From positions 972 through 64,971 of the forward strand of contig JAUREO010000003.1 in the NCBI GenBank assembly GCA_030827365.1: a DNA stretch of 64,000 bases, given 5' to 3'. Each line of letters starts with the position of its first letter. The first letter of the stretch is position 1. This DNA is from Poseidonia sp. (GTDB taxonomy: Archaea > Thermoplasmatota > Poseidoniia > Poseidoniales > Poseidoniaceae). The notes beneath the pieces were generated by a model that was not told the origin of the DNA, searched no databases, and saw only the letters and a program-made list of their open reading frames with translations. Below, piece after piece: positions 36,001 to 43,179 of this stretch. Made by a program: the position numbers and the translations under genes.

Positions 36001-37907
36001 AATCCTGCTCCGAGGGTTGGAGTGGTCGTGACTGGTATTTCGAGTACTCCAGCTACTGGGTAATCACTTGCAGGTCCTTGAATACCGATGCTTGCGAGGT
36101 AAATCTCACTTAGAGTCATATCGGTAAAAATTGAAGGGGAAGGGGGCGGTATTGACCATCGGTCTTTCTCATCTGCACCACCTGTTGAGGCAGTTTCAAA
36201 GACAATGTCGCCAATAGTAACCGTCGAATCGATGGTTCCATCCAAATTTGTGATGAGGTTATGACGTGCTTGAATTTCAAGATCTAATATGATATCAACG
36301 CCCTGACCTTGTTTTGCTTGCTTAACTTCTTCGGGAGTGAGATAAACATCGGTCGTTTCAATTCCTGGGTCTACAGTCAGTACTGGTTTGATTTCCAAAG
36401 GTGATGAATCTTGGTGCGGAACGCCTCCTTGGGCTGCGGTTGCCATCACCCAAACCGAAAGAACATCACCAGCACGATTGTATTCGCTTGGATTGATTGG
36501 CTTCTTGATGGGAGGTGGCGTAACCTCCACTGAAACAATGACCTCGCCGTTGGTGGGTACTGTAGCCGTTTCTTGGGCAGTTAATTCGATGTTCCAGTTC
36601 ACTGCAGGAGCAGAGAGGCCTGCAGTGAGCAAAAACGTGGTAGGTGTGTTTCCAGTGTTGTTAATGGTCACATTCACCGTTGATGGTTTGCCTGGAATAA
36701 GCATCGTTACGGTTGAGGGCATTGTGACGAGTACGCCATACGATTCACCGGCCATGACTTTCGTGGTTACTTGAATGGTGTAAGTAGGGTCGGTCAACGA
36801 AGTAAATGTAACCGTCACGGATTCCACTTCACTGCGTGCTGCTGTCAAAGGAACTGAAACAGGAATATCTACTGTGGTTGAGGATGAAAAAGTACCCGTG
36901 CTTCCTGGAGAGGTGCCGACCCAACCCAAAACATCTGCGACATCAATGTTGAAATTATCAGAGTCCCCAATGTTTTGAAGCATGTACGTGAGTGTTGTTG
37001 TCAATCCTGGTTCGGTGGTTCGGTCTTGGGCTGGAGTAATGACCACGGCGAGATTTGAAAAGGTCACATTAATTTCAAGCACTGTAATCGATTCAACAAC
37101 TAGGCCGTTGTCTAGTTTGAGTGTGAGGGTTAAATTCCAGTCACCGACAAACGAAGCCCCAGTGAAATCATACGACGCAGAAAGCGTTTTCGTAACTTGA
37201 GGTAGGCCGGAGTGGACATCGTAAAGACTACGTGGGCCCATGTTTTCTTGTCCGGATAAGAACGTCAATGGTGATCCTGCACCGTAAGGGGTGAGTGTTG
37301 CTTCGAGTTCTGCGGTAAATGTATCGACACCTTGGTTGGAAATTGATATGTTGAAATAATTCAAGTCTTTTGAAATTCTTGCTGTTGTTTCACCGGGGTT
37401 GACCGAAGGTAATGGGTTTGCCAATTGTTCGGAAAACGAGGCATCAACATAATCAACCACATCGAAGAAGAGGCTTTGTTCATTGTCTGATAAATCTGAA
37501 TCCGCAACAGAGTCGATTCGAGCGATAAGGGTTTGGCCATTGCCCAATGTACCAGTCCATGAGAACACAATCGGCGAGGTTGTTGCGCCAGCAGCGAGGT
37601 TGGAAACAGAATGAGTGCCCTTCTGAACTGGGTCCGCTGAAGGAGACCCTTTGTGGAGAAGTCGAAGCGTCCCTGAACCTTCAAGACCTCCTTTGTTCTT
37701 GACGATGACGACAACAGAATGAGTGGCACCATCTTGGACTAGATTGTGCGTTCCATTGTTGATAGAACCAGCATTGTCAAGCGAAATCAATTGGACACTT
37801 AGGTTAGGTGAAGAACGAGCTTGGGTTGTTGAAGGTGTAGCCAAGGGAGTTGCAAGGGATAGCAAAAACAGACCGATGAGGAAATAGGTCACTGAACGCT
37901 TATGCAC
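33003..37907 (-). CDS. Giant surface protein (1634 aa) with many CARDB/NEW3-like beta-sandwich repeats and a five-helix C-terminal membrane module
   Basis: GTG 37907 is preceded by GGGGGT and overlaps the upstream stop (GTGCATAA). Signal-like HKRSVTYFLIGLFLLSLATPLA. Recurrent motifs VTINNTGNTPTTFLL, VELANFGNNQTSYRL, VKISNTGNTQTLFNL, FNITNLGNLAENVRL, VVITNKGNKDVSVDI, AVIVNFGTAQAIGVL. The last 244 aa hold 5 TM helices and an acidic tail. Confidence 0.85.
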   Translation of the reverse strand: MHKRSVTYFLIGLFLLSLATPLATPSTTQARSSPNLSVQLISLDNAGSINNGTHNLVQDGATHSVVVIVKNKGGLEGSGTLRLLHKGSPSADPVQKGTHSVSNLAAGATTSPIVFSWTGTLGNGQTLIARIDSVADSDLSDNEQSLFFDVVDYVDASFSEQLANPLPSVNPGETTARISKDLNYFNISISNQGVDTFTAELEATLTPYGAGSPLTFLSGQENMGPRSLYDVHSGLPQVTKTLSASYDFTGASFVGDWNLTLTLKLDNGLVVESITVLEINVTFSNLAVVITPAQDRTTEPGLTTTLTYMLQNIGDSDNFNIDVADVLGWVGTSPGSTGTFSSSTTVDIPVSVPLTAARSEVESVTVTFTSLTDPTYTIQVTTKVMAGESYGVLVTMPSTVTMLIPGKPSTVNVTINNTGNTPTTFLLTAGLSAPAVNWNIELTAQETATVPTNGEVIVSVEVTPPPIKKPINPSEYNRAGDVLSVWVMATAAQGGVPHQDSSPLEIKPVLTVDPGIETTDVYLTPEEVKQAKQGQGVDIILDLEIQARHNLITNLDGTIDSTVTIGDIVFETASTGGADEKDRWSIPPPSPSIFTDMTLSEIYLASIGIQGPASDYPVAGVLEIPVTTTPTLGAGFPAGIEASDIDTVVRIHIPAVDEVEILQSSPFEVNVGEANTFDVELANFGNNQTSYRLTLVDELPLDWTGSFANGSVLQIMNLSNVRAAVADYPDIEDNHISTFPITVTPAEDAPANSIEHVTIVVENLNTGQYISSHAVEFIVKESIDLEVDPSSQLVNLSVGESVVTRVKISNTGNTQTLFNLWLDDSSSDEVSFEIETSDSVLVGSGFDSTVKIRLTASSTARADIEYKATLWVESPASGLNVSADIIANISENHGIDIDPDITQIAVIPGTQEEITFNITNLGNLAENVRLEINHSDDWEIDDDVQNIPLSIEEVFAGSFVMTIPGYDGSESMLNGASHTITLTAFKGDEDFVLDQETIEVIIAPKFIPEFANWPSEVEFNARDTRTWNVVITNKGNKDVSVDIDYGLFEAGLSTPSTQFQLGADAPESLFLPKDFPVTLAFSIISTELEPDLTDAAELVLTVTPSESGVTGSGQQFTTLSMSRFFERQQEIFSPVGNNDVERLLRYSHIPSGVALTVEYEIELCSSNRLIDLDDLNLNESHYPWTFTLDVDGELFPLDLTARCSPSASLGEDNRVTLPPINPYATDSFKVIINPPNRPNLLSGDGWNLEFRLYHPNENAGYSVFDSDIFTFKLDDSADPGYQSISIDNDLGAMEGKEVIVSAVIVNFGTAQAIGVLPTLTCDAADVITEADIIPILNDSDVITVEWIIIPHTMNWYETIAPIDCQASLTGFQMEGNVVKNDKIRLENVDRISASPDVAIAFGAFIALMVLAFVFSRLKTQSEQWGHFSTYATVLALGFAFYLMNIEYYGYGILALSAIWIWRSAWKSGEEFRLIHEDYQRARKGNATVYADHFQALKDGRRQLTLILALPILGLYAVILGVPPQLPDDNRNLGFLGAYFLFVVFGVWYLLRRSDKIYGNLYGRLTDVEVKSVRLDRDLRDPARLLNELADDGIDFEKFFEPANKPKPTLDAASKLESVAENESEHDIDEGDIDG

Positions 37908-38340
37908 TGGCACTACCCCCTGGTTGGTTTGGGTCTTGGAAACTTTCAATGGTGACTTTTCGTCCCTGCCTCTTCCACAAGATGAGTAACTGCTCGAGAA
38001 GCCTGTCATGAACAGTTTGGCTGATGCCAAGGCGGCGACGCTCTTCCCAAAGCAACATCTGTTCCGTCTTCGTAAGAAGTGCATCTCTTAGATAGAGTTC
38101 CAAGGTTCGTCTGTACGAATCTCGATCCGAAATAGCGTAAACGATTTCATTGCCTGGGCATTGGTCTGCTTGGTTTTGCAATATATTGCCGAGAATCAAT
38201 GCTTCGTCGTACGAAAGATGCCTTTTGTCGAGTTCCAATTGTATTGCACTCGCGATTTCTTGAAGCCCGTGAGTTGTGTTGGCTTTCTGAATTTTCTTCA
38301 AATGACGTCGGGCGACTCTTGACATTCGTTGCCCGACCAT
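37900..38340 (-). CDS. Hypothetical 146-aa soluble protein, first gene of the surface-protein/archaellum string
   Basis: ATG 38340 is preceded by GGGAG. Basic N-terminus and helical composition. No family recognised. Confidence 0.5.
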   Translation of the reverse strand: MVGQRMSRVARRHLKKIQKANTTHGLQEIASAIQLELDKRHLSYDEALILGNILQNQADQCPGNEIVYAISDRDSYRRTLELYLRDALLTKTEQMLLWEERRRLGISQTVHDRLLEQLLILWKRQGRKVTIESFQDPNQPGGSASA

Positions 38341-38402
38341 ACTTCTCCCGTGAACATGGCAGTTCTTGAAAGAATCGGAAGGATTCGTTGGACAAAGTCA
38401 TT

Positions 38403-38454
38403 GTGAATATTTGTTATTTAAAATGAATATAAAGGTTCTATCGGCCATATTCAC
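38403..38454. promoter_or_regulatory. Divergent promoter region with three TGAATAT-type boxes flanking a TATA-like element
   Basis: GTGAATAT (38403-38410), TATTTAAAA (38415-38423), TGAATAT (38424-38430), inverted ATATTCAC (38447-38454). Confidence 0.35.
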
Positions 38455-38524
38455 CTAAAAAATGATACAGTTTTTTGTGGAAATCAATACAATATCTTAT
38501 GAAATCGAGTCATTTGGTAAAAAC

Positions 38525-39004
38525 ATGCAAGAAACTGTTCATTTGGTCGAGGGCGACCAAGCACCATCATTCACAGCAACGGATAGTCAGGGTCATACAC
38601 ATGCTTTAACAGATTACTTGAGTGCAGGAAAGCATGTCATCATGTATTTTTACCCAAAAGATTCAACGCCAGGTTGCACCAAACAAGCATGTGACTTCAG
38701 GGATAATTTCGCAAGATTGAATTCCAATGATGCTGTTGTCTTTGGTGTCTCAAAAGACTCTCAGAAGTCTCATTCAAATTTCATCAAAAAACAAGAACTC
38801 AATTTTCCCCTCTTAATGGATGAAGATTTGTCTTTGCACCATCTCTTCGGCACATGGCGTAAAAAAATGAATTATGGAAGAGAATACATGGGGACTGCAC
38901 GTTCGACCTTTGTCATTTCTCCAGACGGTAGGATTTCATGGGCACGTTACAATGTAAAAGCAACTGGCCATGTCGATATGCTCCTTCGAGAATTACAATT
39001 TTGA
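38525..39004 (+). CDS. bcp: Thiol peroxidase Bcp (peroxiredoxin Q/BCP family)
   Basis: YFYPKDSTPGCTKQACDFRD carries the CxxxxC active site. The start was set to ATG 38525 (MQETVHL). Confidence 0.9.
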   Translation: MQETVHLVEGDQAPSFTATDSQGHTHALTDYLSAGKHVIMYFYPKDSTPGCTKQACDFRDNFARLNSNDAVVFGVSKDSQKSHSNFIKKQELNFPLLMDEDLSLHHLFGTWRKKMNYGREYMGTARSTFVISPDGRISWARYNVKATGHVDMLLRELQF

Positions 39005-39014
39005 GTTGATTTGT

Positions 39015-39491
39015 GTGATTGATGAGCCCCTCCAAGGCAAAAAAATTGACCTTGGACAAGGTTCCTGTGCTTGGTGGCCATGCCATATCGGTAGCAGCAC
39101 AACGATTGGGAAGCAGGTATCGATTGGTGCCCTTGCTCACATCGGTCGGAATGTCAACATCGGTTCACAAACTCGAATTCAGGGTGGTGCTTACATCGCT
39201 GATACCACAAATATAGGCGAATCGGTCTTTATCGGCCCAAATGTTGTCATCCTTAATGATAAATATCCTCCCTCAAAAAACAGTACATTATGGGCACCAG
39301 TGCAAATTTCCTCTCATGCGGTCATCGGTGGAAATACCACGATTTTACCTGGGGTCATCATCGGCGAACAAGCGGTTATTGGGGCGGGTTCAACAGTCAC
39401 CAAATCTGTTCCTTCAAATGAGGTTTGGATGGGTAATCCTGCTCAATTTCACATGACACGACAAGATTATGAAAAGAGGCGAGGGGCATGA
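39015..39491 (+). CDS. Left-handed beta-helix (hexapeptide-repeat) acyl/acetyltransferase
   Basis: Hexapeptide periodicity in IGKQVSIGALAHIGRNVNIGSQTRIQGGAYIADTTNIGESVFIGPNVVI and AVIGGNTTILPGVIIGEQAVIGAGSTV. The start is uncertain: GTG 39015, TTG 39006 or ATG 38970. Confidence 0.75.
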   Translation: MIDEPLQGKKIDLGQGSCAWWPCHIGSSTTIGKQVSIGALAHIGRNVNIGSQTRIQGGAYIADTTNIGESVFIGPNVVILNDKYPPSKNSTLWAPVQISSHAVIGGNTTILPGVIIGEQAVIGAGSTVTKSVPSNEVWMGNPAQFHMTRQDYEKRRGA

Positions 39492-40312
39492 TTGAGAAGG
39501 AAATCGTTGTTCGGTTCCTCCGACAGTGCAATGAATATGCATACAAATCAATTGCGAGGAAGAATGAGCGTGGAGAGACACAAGAAATTGGCCCATGGGA
39601 ATCCTACATAGAATTCAACCAACATTCTATCGATGAAATAGAATCTGGTGAACTTGACCATTGGTTTGAACATCATGTATCGCAAACCAGTCATGTAGCA
39701 ATTGATTTTGAAGGACTGGAACACCATGAAAGAAGTAAGTGGCTTTCAGCGCTTGTTTCACCTAGACCTTTATCGGTGTTTTCAACAAGACAAGGGAATG
39801 GCCAATGGAACCTTTCTGCCATCACGTCATGCATGCATGTTTCGACTTCCCCCCCATACATCATCGTATCATTATCAAAGCACAGAGACGGGGAGATAAG
39901 GGATACTTTACTTCATTTAAGAACGTCAAAACATGGAACCTTGAACTTCTTTCAAGGACAACAAGAGGTTATACAACTTATCGAAACCGCAGCACGTCCG
40001 CTTCACTTTGAACAATCGGAAGCATCGACACTTGATCTTGAAGAGCAACCCGACGAAAATGGCCTTCTACCACGTGCTGTAGCTGCACTTGGAGTCGAGT
40101 TGGTCCAAGAGTATGAAATGCCTCAAGCCGTAGCAAAATTAGTTTTACTCAAAGTCAACAAAGTATGGTTTTCAATGCCTGAGGCTCCTGAACAGATTCC
40201 AAACATGTTGTGTCAACATGGACTCGATCGGATAGGCCGATTACTGACTTCTGAGCAAACCGTTATCGATACCCATTATGAGCCTCATCGTGCACCTGAC
40301 GACACTTCTTGA
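39488..40312 (+). CDS. Flavin reductase-like (split-barrel FMN-binding) domain protein with ~95-aa N-terminal extension
   Basis: SPRPLSVFSTRQGNGQWNLSAITSCMHVSTSPPYIIVSLSKHRDGEIRDTLLHLRTSKHGTLNF resembles the PRP..vsT...G..N.a..s...vs.dPP core. ATGA overlap with the preceding gene. Confidence 0.5.
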   Translation: MIEKEIVVRFLRQCNEYAYKSIARKNERGETQEIGPWESYIEFNQHSIDEIESGELDHWFEHHVSQTSHVAIDFEGLEHHERSKWLSALVSPRPLSVFSTRQGNGQWNLSAITSCMHVSTSPPYIIVSLSKHRDGEIRDTLLHLRTSKHGTLNFFQGQQEVIQLIETAARPLHFEQSEASTLDLEEQPDENGLLPRAVAALGVELVQEYEMPQAVAKLVLLKVNKVWFSMPEAPEQIPNMLCQHGLDRIGRLLTSEQTVIDTHYEPHRAPDDTS

Positions 40313-41295
40313 ATCAATTCTTGAATCATGTGTTGAAGTCCAACCTCAAGGGTTGTTGTTGCAACCCAATCAAGATGTTCTTTGGCGGCTTGTGGATGAC
40401 ATGTTCGCCTTGAAGAATCTCCTGGATGGCCGGATTCAATCATGATCATTGGTTTTTCCGGAAGTGCGACATCAGCCTCTTGGCACAATCGCACCAAGAG
40501 ATGAGCGACATCAATCATTTTGTGCTCTTTGTCCGAACCAATATTGAACGATAACCCTGCAAGTGGTTTTCCATCTTTGAGAGACACATCGAGTAAACCT
40601 GCTTTGTAGATGCCTTCGACAGCATCTTGAATGTACGTAAAACTCCGTGTGTGTGTTCCTTCATAATGCAATTCAAGGGGCTCGTTGTTGAGTAATTGTC
40701 CGAAAAAACGTCCGATGACCTGCCCGTCTTTCTTCCCACGCAATCGCGGCCCATAGACATTGAATGGACGAACGATTCGAACATCAAGTGATTGACGGGC
40801 AGCATAATGCATGGCTAATTCTTCGACATATTTTGTGGCACCATAGGAAAATCGTTGATGGTCGCTTGCAGCAGGAAATTTGGATTCATTGTAATCTTCA
40901 AGCGGCATATGTTCCACCAAACCAAACGCCTCTGGAGATGATGTAAAAATCAATCTGGTTGAAGTTGAAAGGCACTGACGAAGCACGTTCATTGTCATTG
41001 AAATATTGGATGAGATAACATCAAGGGCTCTGTCGTGAAAAAACAGTGTGCCATTGATGGCTGCAAGATGAAAACAAATATCTGCACTTGGAAAGGTCAA
41101 TGCGACCTGCTCTTGTGCCGTCAAATCGGTTTCAATAAATTCAAAGTTTGAATGGCTCATGATTGCCTCAATATTTTCTATGCATCCTCTTGAAAGGTTG
41201 TCAAAACCAGTCACAATGTGCCCTTTTTCGAGGCAATATTCCGCAAGGCTTGAACCAAGAAACCCTGCCACACCTGTGATGATGATTCTACTCAA
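40285..41295 (-). CDS. NAD-dependent epimerase/dehydratase (extended SDR; nucleotide-sugar type)
   Basis: Rossmann motif ITGVAGFLGSSL at residues 6-17 and catalytic YGATKYVEE. TTG start overlapping the upstream stop (TTGA). Confidence 0.85.
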   Translation of the reverse strand: MSRIIITGVAGFLGSSLAEYCLEKGHIVTGFDNLSRGCIENIEAIMSHSNFEFIETDLTAQEQVALTFPSADICFHLAAINGTLFFHDRALDVISSNISMTMNVLRQCLSTSTRLIFTSSPEAFGLVEHMPLEDYNESKFPAASDHQRFSYGATKYVEELAMHYAARQSLDVRIVRPFNVYGPRLRGKKDGQVIGRFFGQLLNNEPLELHYEGTHTRSFTYIQDAVEGIYKAGLLDVSLKDGKPLAGLSFNIGSDKEHKMIDVAHLLVRLCQEADVALPEKPMIMIESGHPGDSSRRTCHPQAAKEHLDWVATTTLEVGLQHMIQELIQEVSSGAR

Positions 41296-43076
41296 TTCGA
41301 TTCCTCAATTCTTTGAATGACTGAAAGTGTGACTCTCTGCCCTGTTCGTTCAAATCGTACTGTATCTCCTGTATTGATTCCGAGACAAGCATCTTGTTCA
41401 AATCCAAACCCGTATGGGACACCGAGCAACGAACATGCGGGTAATGTCAGTGGACACACATCCCGATTGATGACGGCTTTTGGCCCCTTTGAAGTATACA
41501 ACAAACCCATTAAAACATACGGTGCAACGGTTGAACCAGAGCCTTTTGGAAAGATAAGAATTGAATCTTTAATGCTCTCTCCATACAACGGATGCCCTTC
41601 TTCCTCAATGATGCCAGTATCAGGATTCACATAACCAAGAAAGGTGATGGGAACGTCGGTCACGAGAGCTTTACCAACGATTGAAAAATCATTTTGGCTG
41701 AGCAAACCTTGACCATCACTTGAATACGAATTGGATTGATGCACTTTGGTGGTTTGCAATATGGGAGGAGGCGTTTGGATTGATTCCCCCTTCTCATTGT
41801 CATCGTATTGCGACGGTTGAAATGCTTCCTTGACACAGTCATGGATGGTCGCTACACTTGTTGGCAATCGGTTAAGTCCACTTGTAAGATAATGTTCTGC
41901 TTTCATCGAATTGGTCAACAGATGATTGAATTTTTCACGGTTGTAGGGAGTAACCTCTGGGCATGTGTCTTTTAGAATCAAAACGCCTGCTTGCTCAAGA
42001 ATATCAATACTACCGTCGGCTAACGCAAGGTCATAATTTTCTCGACTGGTAAAGACCCATAAACGGTCATCTTGCACTCGCTGACTCATTTCAGCAAATG
42101 TACGAACAGAAGCCGCTGTGATACGAATTTCTTCCAAACTCGCCTGAGGGCAGCCAATGACCACCAGGTCGACTGGTCGCTTTGGTGCAAGTTCGTCATA
42201 CCGCTGCCGTAAATCTTCTTCAGTGAATCGGAGAATTCCTTGCCACTGCCCGTCATTGAGCGTTGGTTGTCCATGTTCATCAAGTTCAAGAATGCCGTCA
42301 GTGGAATGTTCATGAACCCACAACATAGGTGTTCCATAATTCGCTGCTGCCGCAGTGAGGGCTTTTTTCATCGCAAACGACATATGAGCTGGTGCTCCAA
42401 TGAGGTACGGCATTGGACCGAATGGAAGATGCCAATCTGGTCGGACTTGTTTGCCGATCCAGTCGCCGAAAATCGACCAATCGGAAAGGTGGTGCAAATC
42501 ACATTCGAGGTGTACAAGCACATTTGGTTGTCTGTGTTTTGAAAGGTGCAAACCCCACTCTGGAGCAAAACCGGTCAAGGCCGTGGCCAAGGCAGATAAA
42601 CCGGATTCTCGATTTGTCATGAGTGACGACCAAGTATTTGCATAACATACAGCATTCGACTCAGCCCAACTTCCAATACCTGATTCAAGTTCTATCCCTC
42701 GGTCATATGGTGTGCATGATAATGTTGTTTGAATACCAAGTGACTGATAGGCATGGATAATTTCAAATTGTGCTTCAAGAAAACCTGGAACAGCAATGTG
42801 CATGTCTTCAAACTTTTCAGCATCACATCCTGCTGAATTTAATGTGGTTGGAATACAGACACCTTGCCCTTTTTGACTTTCAAGGTCTGCAAGAAATCGA
42901 CGTAAACCATGCCCTCCGGTCAGCACAGAAACCCCTGAAATATGGGCATGCTGGACGGGAATAATCTTCTCCGCTCCAGCCGTCATAGCGAGGTCAAGAA
43001 CTAACCTTGCACCCTTTTGACGAGTGCTACCCTCGAGGCCTTCAAGTTGGTCTTGAAGACGCTGTGGCCTCTCCAT
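41292..43076 (-). CDS. Aconitase X (AcnX) family dehydratase, fused large (DUF521-like) and small swivel (DUF126-like) domains
   Basis: N-terminal part: AEKIIPVQHAHISGVSVLTGGHGLRRFLADL...CIPTTLNSAGCD. C-terminal part: GKALVTDVPITFLGYVNPDTGII...ILIFPKGSGSTVAPYVLMGL. 594 aa. Confidence 0.75.
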   Translation of the reverse strand: MERPQRLQDQLEGLEGSTRQKGARLVLDLAMTAGAEKIIPVQHAHISGVSVLTGGHGLRRFLADLESQKGQGVCIPTTLNSAGCDAEKFEDMHIAVPGFLEAQFEIIHAYQSLGIQTTLSCTPYDRGIELESGIGSWAESNAVCYANTWSSLMTNRESGLSALATALTGFAPEWGLHLSKHRQPNVLVHLECDLHHLSDWSIFGDWIGKQVRPDWHLPFGPMPYLIGAPAHMSFAMKKALTAAAANYGTPMLWVHEHSTDGILELDEHGQPTLNDGQWQGILRFTEEDLRQRYDELAPKRPVDLVVIGCPQASLEEIRITAASVRTFAEMSQRVQDDRLWVFTSRENYDLALADGSIDILEQAGVLILKDTCPEVTPYNREKFNHLLTNSMKAEHYLTSGLNRLPTSVATIHDCVKEAFQPSQYDDNEKGESIQTPPPILQTTKVHQSNSYSSDGQGLLSQNDFSIVGKALVTDVPITFLGYVNPDTGIIEEEGHPLYGESIKDSILIFPKGSGSTVAPYVLMGLLYTSKGPKAVINRDVCPLTLPACSLLGVPYGFGFEQDACLGINTGDTVRFERTGQRVTLSVIQRIEESN

Positions 43077-43179
43077 ACACCATCCACATCGTTGCAGTTC
43101 ATCAACTCACCCCTCGCCTCTACGCTGGGCTGTATATGAAAGGGGAAACTTTTGAATCTCATAGGAAATTTGTCCGCCC

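Noticed and set aside
37908-38084. 59-codon N-terminal extension of the giant ORF (track start ATG 38084).
   Set aside because: It would overlap most of the C-terminal third of the upstream 146-aa ORF. It also adds a Cys/Arg/Ser-rich peptide in front of an otherwise typical signal peptide. GTG 37907 has an SD-like GGGGGT and forms a stop/start overlap.
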